DNA from: Acidimicrobiales bacterium
Lineage (GTDB): Bacteria > Actinomycetota > Acidimicrobiia > Acidimicrobiales > MedAcidi-G1
Direction: 5' to 3'
Assembly (NCBI GenBank): GCA_036011165.1
Contig: DASCMW010000064.1
Location: forward strand, 1-42,800
Length of the DNA stretch: 42,800 nt
A program made the position numbers and the translations under genes. The notes under the pieces were generated by a model. It was not told the origin of the DNA. It saw only the letters and a program-made list of their open reading frames with translations, and did not search any database. Positions 8,823 through 17,599 of this stretch are shown here, one piece after another (positions within the stretch are counted from its first letter, which is position 1; each line of letters starts with the position of its first letter).

Positions 8823-10034
8823 ATGGCCGAATACACAGAAGCAGAAATTCGAGATCTAACCCGTAAATTGTTAGACGAAGTAGATCACACAAAAGTAGAT
8901 CAACACACTTTCCGCGGTGAGCAGTTTGACCGAGGCTTAGCCTTTGTCCAATTTCCTGAAGGATTAGGGGGGCTTGGACTCTCTAGTCGCAAAATGCAAA
9001 CCGTTGTCGACTCAGAACTACGCTCTGCAGGGGTTCCTTATCATGATTTGATTATTAATCCCATAGGTATCGGTATGGGTGGCCCCGTTGTACTTACATA
9101 CGCGTCTGAAGAGCAAAAGAAACGTTTACTGCGACCAATGTTCACCGGTGAAGAAATTTGGTGCCAAATGTTTTCAGAACCAGGAGCTGGCTCTGATGTT
9201 GCGGGTTTAGCAACTCGTGCGATGCGAGACGGAGACGAATGGGTCGTTAACGGCCAAAAAGTATGGACAACGCTGGCACATGTATCTCGATGGGGGATGC
9301 TAGTAGCGCGCACAGACCCAGATCAACCTAAACATAAAGGCCTTACCTACTTTCTCTTAGACATGGAATCAGAAGGTGTAGAAGTAAGACCTCTCTATCA
9401 GATCACCGGAGATGCAGAATTCAACGAAATATTCCTCAATGATGTGCGAATCCCACATGAGAACGTTTTCGGAGATGTAGGCGGAGGTTGGGCTGCTGCC
9501 GTTACGACTCTGATGAATGAGAGAGTTGCTTTAGGTGGTGGAGTTCCAAAACAAGGATCAGGAGCTATCGGAGACTTGGTACAAATTTGGGAAGAGCGTA
9601 AAGACTCAATGGATGAAATAACTAGTTCAGTGATGAGAGATCGGATCACAGAACTATGGATACAAGCCGAAGCTTTAAGACTCACAAATTGGCGAGCTAG
9701 AGAAGGCAGCAAATCCGGCAATCCAGGACCTGAAGGTTCTGTTGGTAAATTAATGTCTGCAGAAATGAATCAAAAAATTTACGAACTATGCATGGAAATA
9801 ATTGGTCCAGAAGCTTTAACGTTTGAGGCCGGATATGAAAGAAGCCGAGCAGATGGATCATCATTTGCTAGAGGATTCGGCCTTAAATATAGTTTTTTAC
9901 GATCAAGAGCAAACACTATTGAAGGTGGAACTTCTGAAGTGATGCGAAACATTCTTGGAGAAAGAGTTCTTGGATTACCTGGTGATGTTCGAGTTGATAA
10001 AGACGTGAACTGGGTTGATGTTCCAAGAAACTAG
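8823..10034 (+). CDS. acyl-CoA dehydrogenase (FadE-like)
   Basis: WCQMFSEPGAGSD, NGQKVWT, FNEIFLNDV, LMNER, TIEGGTSEVMRN; SD AGAGGA. Confidence 0.95.
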   Translation: MAEYTEAEIRDLTRKLLDEVDHTKVDQHTFRGEQFDRGLAFVQFPEGLGGLGLSSRKMQTVVDSELRSAGVPYHDLIINPIGIGMGGPVVLTYASEEQKKRLLRPMFTGEEIWCQMFSEPGAGSDVAGLATRAMRDGDEWVVNGQKVWTTLAHVSRWGMLVARTDPDQPKHKGLTYFLLDMESEGVEVRPLYQITGDAEFNEIFLNDVRIPHENVFGDVGGGWAAAVTTLMNERVALGGGVPKQGSGAIGDLVQIWEERKDSMDEITSSVMRDRITELWIQAEALRLTNWRAREGSKSGNPGPEGSVGKLMSAEMNQKIYELCMEIIGPEALTFEAGYERSRADGSSFARGFGLKYSFLRSRANTIEGGTSEVMRNILGERVLGLPGDVRVDKDVNWVDVPRN

Positions 10035-10037
10035 TTC

Positions 10038-11408
10038 TTAAGCTCGATACCAGATCGTTCCAGATGAACTGTCTTCAAGCACGACACCGCGATTAGAAAG
10101 TTCTTCACGGATACGATCCGCTTCAGCAAAATCTTTGGATAATTTAGCTTCAGTGCGTGCTGCGACTAAAACATCAATTTCTCCTGCATCTGAGGCATCA
10201 TCAGAAGTCACAGAAAGTTCAATTCCAAGAACAACTAAAAGTTCGTGTACTGCAGCAACTAAAGCAGACGCTATTTCAACATCCTCTGTGTCCAAAGCCC
10301 TATTGGCTTCCCGCACTGCATCAAAAATTACTGCTAACGCGCTTGCAGTCCCAAGATCATCGTCCATTGCAGTCCGAAACTTCTCAACAACATTTTCATC
10401 AGGAATTACTTGAAGCAGGTCCGCTCCGGCGACCCTTCTTTCAAAACTATCAAGCCGATCAAGAGCGGCGCTCGCTGCCGTCATGCCGTCTTCGTTTATT
10501 TCCATAGTTCTCCGATAGTGAGTCTGAAGAACCAGTAAACGAAGAGCTCGCGGATCCCAAGCATCTAATAATTCTGCAAGAGTTCGAAAGTTGCCGAGAG
10601 ATTTAGACATTTTTTCATCGCCAACAAGAACCATTCCGTTGTGAACCCATGTTCGAGCAAATAACCGGTCGCATCCAACGCATTCTGCACGTTCGTTTTC
10701 ATGGTGAGGGAACACAAGGTCATCACCGCCGCCATGGATATCAAAGTCATCACCCAATATGTCTAAAGACATTGCAACGCATTCAATGTGCCATCCTGGA
10801 CGACCAGAACCCCATGGTGATTCCCAGGTTGGTTCTCCGGGTTTAGCTGCTTTCCAGAGAGCAAAATCAAGTGGGTCTTGTTTCTCTGTGTCAACTTCTA
10901 CCCGAACTCCAGATCCTTCACGTAATTGTTCTAGTGATTGATGGGCTAAGGCCCCGTAACCGTTGAGTTTGTCGACCGAGAAGTAAACACCAGAAGATGT
11001 TGTATAGGCCATACCTTTGTCAACAAGGTTTTGAATAACAGTGATCATTTCAGAAATGTATTCAGTGGCTCTTGGCCGGTGATCAGGATGAATGATGTTA
11101 AGGCGATTCATTTCATCTACATATTTTTGTTCGTAAAGTTGAGCTAATTCAGATTCGGTAGTTCCTTCTTTTGCTGCACGTTCAATGATCTTGTCATCAA
11201 TATCCGTAATGTTTGATACTGCTGTTACTTCATAGCCAGACCACCTCAGGTACCGAACTAGAACGTCAAATGCTAAAGATGATCGAGCGTGGCCAAGATG
11301 CGGAATATCGTAGACAGTGGGGCCACACCAATAGATTGAAACTTTCCCTGAATCGCGAGGTGCGAATTCATTCTTGTTTCCGGTCAGACTATCTGTAAAG
11401 CAAAGCAC
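10038..11408 (-). CDS. cysS: cysteine--tRNA ligase
   Basis: CGPTVY, HLGH, GRPGWHIEC, DIHGGGxDLxFPHHENE, KMSKS, DALR domain and C-terminal anticodon-binding region (DFAEADRIR). Confidence 0.95.
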   Translation of the reverse strand: MLCFTDSLTGNKNEFAPRDSGKVSIYWCGPTVYDIPHLGHARSSLAFDVLVRYLRWSGYEVTAVSNITDIDDKIIERAAKEGTTESELAQLYEQKYVDEMNRLNIIHPDHRPRATEYISEMITVIQNLVDKGMAYTTSSGVYFSVDKLNGYGALAHQSLEQLREGSGVRVEVDTEKQDPLDFALWKAAKPGEPTWESPWGSGRPGWHIECVAMSLDILGDDFDIHGGGDDLVFPHHENERAECVGCDRLFARTWVHNGMVLVGDEKMSKSLGNFRTLAELLDAWDPRALRLLVLQTHYRRTMEINEDGMTAASAALDRLDSFERRVAGADLLQVIPDENVVEKFRTAMDDDLGTASALAVIFDAVREANRALDTEDVEIASALVAAVHELLVVLGIELSVTSDDASDAGEIDVLVAARTEAKLSKDFAEADRIREELSNRGVVLEDSSSGTIWYRA

Positions 11409-11450
11409 TAGATCAGGATACAGCAGGCTTAGAAGGGGAGAAGTGAGCCA

Positions 11451-12644
11451 TCAAATAAGAATCCCAAGTAACGCGGCTGCTTCAATAAGGTTTGAAGCAG
11501 CATTGGGATCTTCTTCAACTCCCTCAAGCATTTTTCGAGCGAATAAATCAAGCGACTCTCTTGCTTCCCAAGTGTTCAGATCGTTATCAAGTGCGTTCCG
11601 AATAGATGTTAGAAGTGAAGAAGAGTCCGGACCTTTAGAACACAGAGAAGCTCTTATTAGGCGATCAAGACGTTCAACCCCGTCGTGGATGTCGTCATCG
11701 AACCATTCAAAACCTCCACGATAGTGATGCCCCAACAGGGAGAGCCTTACTGCCCGCGGGTCATGTTCACTGCATAAGTCTCTTATAAAAACAAGATTGC
11801 CAAGAGATTTAGACATCTTTGTTCCTTCGTAGGCGACCATGCCCACATGCATCCAATGTTTAGCCAAAGGTTTGCCAGTTACTGCTCTACTCTGGGCTTC
11901 TTCGCATTCATGATGAGGGAAAATTAGATCATCTCCACCTCCATGAAGATCAATGGTTTCACCTAGGTCGTTCATCACCATTGCTGAGCACTCAATATGC
12001 CAGCCAGGACGACCCACCCCAAACGGAGAATCCCATGAAGGCTCATCGAAAGCTGAGGGCTGCCACAGCACGAAATCAAGAGGATTGCGTTGCCTCGGGT
12101 CATCAGGGCGACCACCGCGTTCAGCGGCATAGCTTTTCATAGTGTCCTGGTCGTACCCAGAAATCGAACCAAAGGAATCAAAAGTGGAAACATCAAAGAA
12201 AGTGATGTCATCCACCCTGTAGGTGTGTCCTGCTGTTTCAAGTTGGCTAACGAGTTCAACTATCGCTTCAATAGATTCTGTGGCTCTCGGTTCAGCGGCT
12301 GCTGGCCTCATGTTCAAATCAGTCATGTCTTTTTCGAATTGAATCATTTCTTGAGCCGCAAGATCTTGGTAGTGGATACCTAGCTCTCTAGCTTTGGGAA
12401 GAATAGAGTCATCGACGTCTGTGACATTGCGAACCATTCGTACTTCATGGCCAAGATCTTCAAGTCGTCTTATAACTAAGTCAAAAGTTAAGTAAGTGAA
12501 GGCATGACCAAGATGAGTGGCGTCATAAGGGGTAATTCCACAGACATACATACTCACTAAAGATTCTGGTTTGAATTCTTTTATAGACTGAGATGCCGTG
12601 TCGTACAGTTTCATAAAGCCAACCGAGTTATCAACATTTGTCAT
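11451..12644 (-). CDS. mshC: MshC-like cysteine:GlcN-Ins ligase (CysRS paralog lacking the anticodon-binding domain)
   Basis: MYVCGITPYDATHLGH, ERGG motif, GRPGWHIEC, KMSKSLGN; 397 aa with no anticodon domain. Alternative start at 12614 (MKLYDT). Confidence 0.8.
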   Translation of the reverse strand: MTNVDNSVGFMKLYDTASQSIKEFKPESLVSMYVCGITPYDATHLGHAFTYLTFDLVIRRLEDLGHEVRMVRNVTDVDDSILPKARELGIHYQDLAAQEMIQFEKDMTDLNMRPAAAEPRATESIEAIVELVSQLETAGHTYRVDDITFFDVSTFDSFGSISGYDQDTMKSYAAERGGRPDDPRQRNPLDFVLWQPSAFDEPSWDSPFGVGRPGWHIECSAMVMNDLGETIDLHGGGDDLIFPHHECEEAQSRAVTGKPLAKHWMHVGMVAYEGTKMSKSLGNLVFIRDLCSEHDPRAVRLSLLGHHYRGGFEWFDDDIHDGVERLDRLIRASLCSKGPDSSSLLTSIRNALDNDLNTWEARESLDLFARKMLEGVEEDPNAASNLIEAAALLGILI

Positions 12645-12675
12645 CTATGACAAGGTAGTAGGTCAAAATACATTA

Positions 12676-12752
12676 TGGCGCCCTCGGCAGGAATCGAACC
12701 TGCGGCCTACCGCTTAGGAGGCGGTCGCTCTATCCGACTGAGCTACGAGGGC
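12676..12752 (-). tRNA. tRNA-Arg(CCT), CCA end encoded
   Basis: Reverse complement GCCCTCGTAGCTCAGTCGGATAGAGCGACCGCCTCCTAAGCGGTAGGCCGCAGGTTCGATTCCTGCCGAGGGCGCCA: cloverleaf, anticodon CCT, T-loop GTTCGATTC. Confidence 0.97.
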
Positions 12753-12810
12753 GAAAATACAGAGATTACAAAGGTCGCCATCCGTGAGGTAAAGGCTACA
12801 GGTGGGAGAG

Positions 12811-12840
12811 TTTAAAGAGAGTTACAGAGTTCTCTTTAAA
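12811..12840. promoter_or_regulatory. perfect 10-bp inverted repeat (TTTAAAGAGA-N10-TCTCTTTAAA) in a divergent promoter region
   Basis: Directly visible; function not established. Confidence 0.4.
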
Positions 12841-12889
12841 TGCTGATGGATTGCAATCTATTGTTGACAAGTGCTTAAGTAATTCGTAG

Positions 12890-13378
12890 ATGTCTAATCA
12901 AGAATTACCTGAAGCAGTAGAACGTGTTGTGGAAACCGGAGCGGTACTTGGCGTGAAAGTTGAGCCAAAAACTTTTCCGGAGAGCACAAGGACAGCTCAA
13001 GAAGCTGCGGATGCTATAGGTATTGATGTCGGGCAAATCGTAAAAAGTCTCATTTTCCAAGTTGACCAAGAATTTATTCTTGCCTATGTGAGTGGAAAGA
13101 ATAAGTTAGATGAGTCAAGTCTTGCTGCTGCTGCAGGTGGGGAGATGTGTAAGCGAGTGGATGCTCAGACTGTACGAGAAGTTACTGGATTTTCTATCGG
13201 AGGAGTTCCTCCTTTTGGATTACGAGAAAAACTTCGAGTGTTCATAGATGAAAACCTTCTTAGCTACAGCGAAGTTTGGGCTGCTGCTGGAACACCTCAT
13301 GCAGTTTTTGCAATAGGCCCTAAAGATTTAGTTGTTGCGTCTGGTGGGGAAGTTTCTGAAATTGCAGTAAAAAACTGA
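12890..13378 (+). CDS. YbaK/EbsC-family aminoacyl-tRNA editing protein
   Basis: TAQEAA, IVKSL, GxxIGGVPPFG, WAAAG motifs. Confidence 0.88.
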   Translation: MSNQELPEAVERVVETGAVLGVKVEPKTFPESTRTAQEAADAIGIDVGQIVKSLIFQVDQEFILAYVSGKNKLDESSLAAAAGGEMCKRVDAQTVREVTGFSIGGVPPFGLREKLRVFIDENLLSYSEVWAAAGTPHAVFAIGPKDLVVASGGEVSEIAVKN

Positions 13379-13398
13379 AGTTGTAGTTGGTGGTTCTA

Positions 13399-13659
13399 CT
13401 ATCTGCCGAGACGAGATAAGGCTTCAAGTTCGCTTAATCCCTCAATTTGAAATCTTTTTGTACGGGCTGTTGCTCCTGTTAAGACTGATATTCCTGCTCG
13501 TTTTAAGCCAAGTGCTTTAGCTAGTTCTTTGCATGCAGCCTCAGTAGCACGACCGTTTACTGGAGCTTCGTTAACTCTGATTTTTATGACTCCGTGAGCA
13601 TAACGAACATCATTTTGACTGGATCTTGGAGAAACGAGTGCTTCAAGAATACAGGACAT
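13399..13659 (-). CDS. DUF167/UPF0235 (YggU-like) protein
   Basis: VSPRSS..IKIRV..APV.GRA...LAKALG...GATARTK. Confidence 0.85.
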   Translation of the reverse strand: MSCILEALVSPRSSQNDVRYAHGVIKIRVNEAPVNGRATEAACKELAKALGLKRAGISVLTGATARTKRFQIEGLSELEALSRLGR

Positions 13660-13668
13660 TGCTTTATG

Positions 13669-14649
13669 TCACTGATTAAATAAAGGGGCTAGAGTCTCAC
13701 CGGCTAAAGTTACCATCTCTGGATCATGCCCATTGGCGGGCATATTTAAGGTCACGCCATCTAATCCAAGGTCAAGTACACCTTGGATCTGTTCTTTGAT
13801 TTGGTCTGGGTCGCCAAAAATCATCCTTGCAGTCAACATAGCTTTAAAGTCATCATCAGCATTGTCCCAATCAACACCTCTAGATTGGAAAAATTCTTTT
13901 TTACCTATTTCAGCTTCTTCAGCAGTGGGGGCAATGCCCATAAATCCAAGCCAGGAAACACAAATCTCATTTCTGTCTCGACCCATCCGGTCACAATGTT
14001 CATTTAGGACTTCAAGTTTCCTAGGTATTTCTTCGCGACTACAGACCAGATTTGATTCGTCAGCGTATTGAGCCACCATGCGAAGGGTTTTCTTTTCTCC
14101 TGAGCCGCCAATCATTACAGGAATTTTCTGAAGCGGTTGCGGTTCGTTTATGGCTTCAATAGTCGAATAATGTTTACCGGAAAAAGTTGGACGTTCACCA
14201 TTTAACATCGGGAGAATGATTTGCAGCGCTTCTTCAAGCTTTTCAAATCGATCAGTAAAAGTTCCAAATTCAAAGCCGAGAGCATTGTGTTCTAGTTCAA
14301 ACCATCCCGCACCAATACCAAGTAACGCTCGTCCACCTGAAATTATGTCAAGGGTGGTGATTGTTTTTGCCAGAACCGTAGGATTTCGATAGGTGTTACC
14401 AGTCACTAGTGACCCGAGATTAATTTTTGAAGTCCGCGCTGCTAGAGCCGCCAATATCGAATAACACTCAAGCATGTAGTCATCGGGATTTCCAAGCCCA
14501 GGCAACTGGTAGAAGTGATCCATTACAAAGACAGTGTCAAATCCACTCGATTCAGCCGCAAGAGTTTGAGCGACTATGTCCTCAAAAAGTGTTTCTCTGG
14601 AACCATTTGGATAATTGAAATTTGGGATTTGATAGCCGAGTTGAGTCAT
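13669..14649 (-). CDS. LLM-class oxidoreductase, probably F420-dependent
   Basis: VMDHFYQL, LVTGNTYRNP, TLDIISGGRA.LGIGAGW, IGGSGEKKTLR. Confidence 0.88.
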   Translation of the reverse strand: MTQLGYQIPNFNYPNGSRETLFEDIVAQTLAAESSGFDTVFVMDHFYQLPGLGNPDDYMLECYSILAALAARTSKINLGSLVTGNTYRNPTVLAKTITTLDIISGGRALLGIGAGWFELEHNALGFEFGTFTDRFEKLEEALQIILPMLNGERPTFSGKHYSTIEAINEPQPLQKIPVMIGGSGEKKTLRMVAQYADESNLVCSREEIPRKLEVLNEHCDRMGRDRNEICVSWLGFMGIAPTAEEAEIGKKEFFQSRGVDWDNADDDFKAMLTARMIFGDPDQIKEQIQGVLDLGLDGVTLNMPANGHDPEMVTLAGETLAPLFNQ

Positions 14650-14745
14650 TTTTATAGCCTACTCCTAAGTAATACATATAAAAAATTGCTTTCCTGAAAT
14701 TGATTAAAGGTTTAATTAAATCTAAACTAATCTAGGGAGAGCAAC

Positions 14746-15660
14746 ATGAATCGTGTGTGGAACGCTATAGAAGACTTTGAAAAGTTTTTAAATGATGGCG
14801 GAGTTGTCGAACCGGTTGATGATATGCCCAACGAATACCGTCAAGCAGTTTTCGACTTCATAGAGATGCACGCAAACAGTGAACTCATGGGGGGCTTAAC
14901 AGAACGAGATTGGATTCCGAAAGCACCAGGGTTACGCCACAAAATGACGGTAATAGCTAAAACTCAAGACGAAATAGGCCACGCTCACCTTTTATACATG
15001 ATCGCAGCTGATTTAAAAATAAAAACTCGAAAAGAAATGATGGAAGATCTTTTTGCCGGTAAAAGTAAATTTCATAACGTATTTCACTATCAAGCTAAAA
15101 CTTGGGGTGATCAAGTAGCGATCGCTTTCCTCGTTGATGCAGCGGCAGTTATAAGCCAGCAGGCAGTCTTCAAAAACTGTTCTTATGGTCCTTACAAAAG
15201 AATTCTTAAACGCATTATCGCTGAAGAAGGTTTCCACCTTCGCTTCGGTGAAGAATCAGTCTTACGAATCTCACAAGGAACAGAAATCCAGAAAGCTTTG
15301 TTTCAACAATCAATTAACGATTGGTGGTGGCCTGCTCTTCAACTCTTTGGACCTGATTCAAAACCAAATGACCGGCTACTTCGCTGGCATATCAAATCAG
15401 AACGAAATGAAGTATTGCGAGATAAATGGGTACAGAAATTTGTTCCTCTCCTTCATGGGTATGGATTTACAATTCCTGATTCAGGCTTGAAATGGGACGA
15501 AGAAGAAAACCGATGGGAAATCGGACCTATTGACTGGGAACCATTAAAACGAACAATGGCCATGGGAGGCCCAGATTCAGCTCGCCGTATTTCTGAAGCA
15601 TCAGATAGCTGGGAGAAAACAAGTTGGGTCCGTGAAGCTTTAGAGATAGTCGCATCATGA
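14746..15660 (+). CDS. paaA: phenylacetyl-CoA epoxidase catalytic subunit A-like (di-iron)
   Basis: HANSE, QDEIGH, FLVDAAA, SYGPY, EEGFH, WWWPAL..FGP. Confidence 0.85.
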   Translation: MNRVWNAIEDFEKFLNDGGVVEPVDDMPNEYRQAVFDFIEMHANSELMGGLTERDWIPKAPGLRHKMTVIAKTQDEIGHAHLLYMIAADLKIKTRKEMMEDLFAGKSKFHNVFHYQAKTWGDQVAIAFLVDAAAVISQQAVFKNCSYGPYKRILKRIIAEEGFHLRFGEESVLRISQGTEIQKALFQQSINDWWWPALQLFGPDSKPNDRLLRWHIKSERNEVLRDKWVQKFVPLLHGYGFTIPDSGLKWDEEENRWEIGPIDWEPLKRTMAMGGPDSARRISEASDSWEKTSWVREALEIVAS

Positions 15661-16127
15661 AAGTAAAAGTTTTACCTTCAATCCAGGACATCCATACTGC
15701 GATAAACACGGTGAGCGACCCTGAATATCCGGAAATCTCGATAGTTGATTTAGGTTTTCTCGAAAATGTAGAAATTAATGAAGTAGGTGAAGTCTTTATT
15801 GAACTCATACCGACTTTTTCTGGTTGTCCGGCATTAGAAACTATCGCTCAAGATGTTCGTGAAGCCACGGAACAACTGCCGGGGGTACATGCAGTAGAAG
15901 TGACTTGGTTAAACAGCCCAGTATGGAGTGTCAAACGAGTTACAGAAAAAGCAAAAAAAGACCTAGCAGAAAAATTTACTGTGGCAGTACAAATACAAAA
16001 TAAGAAAGTTGAATGCCCAAGATGCCAATCTGAAACAAACATAAAGTCACATTTTGGGCCCAGTAGATGTAGATCTATACATGTGTGTTCAAAATGCCAT
16101 GAAGTGGTAGAAACACTTCGGGATTAA
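15657..16127 (+). CDS. paaD: PaaD-like (DUF59/SufT + Cys-rich) epoxidase maturation subunit
   Basis: VSDPEYP.ISIVDLG, PTFSGCPA, CPRC..FGP..CRS..VCSKC; ATGA overlap with paaA. Confidence 0.85.
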   Translation: MKVKVLPSIQDIHTAINTVSDPEYPEISIVDLGFLENVEINEVGEVFIELIPTFSGCPALETIAQDVREATEQLPGVHAVEVTWLNSPVWSVKRVTEKAKKDLAEKFTVAVQIQNKKVECPRCQSETNIKSHFGPSRCRSIHVCSKCHEVVETLRD

Positions 16128-16129
16128 AT

Positions 16130-16411
16130 ATGCGCATCTATGAAGTTTTTCTAAAAACAGATGGTAAAGAAGAATTCCGTCATGCCGGAAGCATTGAAGC
16201 AGCAACAGATGAACTTGCTTTAATACTGGCTCGGGAAAACTATGCAAGACGAGCTGAAGGTATTCATATGTGGGTGGTTGATCGCAAAAATATTTGTATT
16301 AGCGACGAAGGTTTCATTGATCCAAATTTGAACAAACCACATCGCCATAACGATGGGAAAAAAGTGGCGAAGTGGAGAAAATCACAACGGGACAAAAAAA
16401 ATGATGGTTAA
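16130..16411 (+). CDS. paaB: PaaB-like epoxidase small subunit
   Basis: YEVF...HAGSIEA...LAL..ARENYARR.EG..MWVV. Confidence 0.85.
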   Translation: MRIYEVFLKTDGKEEFRHAGSIEAATDELALILARENYARRAEGIHMWVVDRKNICISDEGFIDPNLNKPHRHNDGKKVAKWRKSQRDKKNDG

Positions 16412-17153
16412 ATCAACTCTGACTTCTCCAATAAAAGAATATTTACTGGCTTTTGCTGATGATGAACATTTAATGGGTCAACAACACACAGAGTGGATAG
16501 GAATAGCCCCATTTTTAGAAGAAGATATGGCTTTCGCCAGTATTGGTCAAGATGAATTAGGGCATGCATCAATGCTGTATAGCTTGGTATTGGGCGACTC
16601 TTCTGAAATTGACGGTTTTGTGTTTAACCGCAAACCTGAAGAATGGCGTTCCTGTCAACTCGTTGAATCAAATCATCGAGAATGGGAAGAAGCACTAATG
16701 CGGCATTGGTGCTATGACATGGCGGAAGATTTACGTTGGGAGCTCTTTAGAAAGTCTTCACATCCCGAATTGGTTTCAATTTCAGAACGGGCATTAAAAG
16801 AAGAGGCATACCATCGACGTCATGCTGAAGCACTAGTAGAAAACTTACTTTCGGTCCCTTCGAGTAAATCTCGATTGATGGAAGCCTTAGAAAAAATAAT
16901 CCCCGAAGTACTAGATTTGTTTTCCCCAATGCCGGGTGAAGAAGATGCAATATCTTCTGAGGTGGTTTCAGGAAAATATTGTGACATGTTTCCGGTTTGG
17001 CGGACACGACTCGAAAACCGGTTTGGAGTCTTAGATCCAGATTTGTTCACTGGTATTGATGATGTAACTCGAACTAGAAGACATTCAGATTTCGATGTTT
17101 TGTTCAACAGAATAAGAGAAGTCTTTCTCCTTGACCCCGAAGCGACCTGGTGA
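16401..17153 (+). CDS. paaC: PaaC-like epoxidase structural subunit
   Basis: ADDE..MGQ..TEW.G.AP.LEEDMA..SIGQDELGHA, KEEAYH; start moved to in-frame ATG 16401/16404. Confidence 0.85.
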   Translation: MMVKSTLTSPIKEYLLAFADDEHLMGQQHTEWIGIAPFLEEDMAFASIGQDELGHASMLYSLVLGDSSEIDGFVFNRKPEEWRSCQLVESNHREWEEALMRHWCYDMAEDLRWELFRKSSHPELVSISERALKEEAYHRRHAEALVENLLSVPSSKSRLMEALEKIIPEVLDLFSPMPGEEDAISSEVVSGKYCDMFPVWRTRLENRFGVLDPDLFTGIDDVTRTRRHSDFDVLFNRIREVFLLDPEATW

Positions 17154-17163
17154 TTTTAAGTAC

Positions 17164-17595
17164 TCAACACTGTTTATTAGTAAAAGAGGTTAAAGAAGCT
17201 ACTCCATTTAGTAACGGCTGAAGTTGAGTATTTAGATTTTGCTGAGTAGCGACGGGGACTTCAGAAGTATCTACCCACCCAAGTTGCTCTATTTGTAAGG
17301 CTTGTACTTCCAAAACATGTAAGTAATCCCAAACTACGCCTTCAATCTCAAGGGGCGCCAAATTGATGAGATTATGAACTAACCCAAGATGCTGATTCCA
17401 AGAACGTTCGTTCAATTCAGAGTTACCGGTATTGTGATCAATGAGTTCAATATTTTGGTATAAGGCGCAAAAAACTGCTCGCCCTTCTGCCGTGGTTGTT
17501 ACATCGGGAGGAAGACTAATAGAACTAGAACTACAAGCCCCAGTAACCAGTAAAAGTAAAGTAACTAGTCCTATTTTCAACTTCTTTATAAACAA
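17164..17595 (-). CDS. hypothetical lipoprotein
   Basis: Lys-rich N-terminus, hydrophobic core, lipobox VTGA-C. Confidence 0.65.
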   Translation of the reverse strand: MFIKKLKIGLVTLLLLVTGACSSSSISLPPDVTTTAEGRAVFCALYQNIELIDHNTGNSELNERSWNQHLGLVHNLINLAPLEIEGVVWDYLHVLEVQALQIEQLGWVDTSEVPVATQQNLNTQLQPLLNGVASLTSFTNKQC

Positions 17596-17599
17596 CTTC

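Noticed and set aside
11451-12644. Second cysS or a cysS pseudogene
   Set aside because: Intact ORF with MshC-type CGITPYD and ERGG motifs; lack of the anticodon domain is normal for MshC
12676-12752. tRNA as an island integration site
   Set aside because: No integrase, no duplicated tRNA 3' end noticed, and flanks are housekeeping genes
16353-16400. Long PaaB/PaaC overlap, possible frameshift at the A-run near 16394
   Set aside because: An in-frame ATGATG at 16401 gives an ordinary short overlap and both genes are intact
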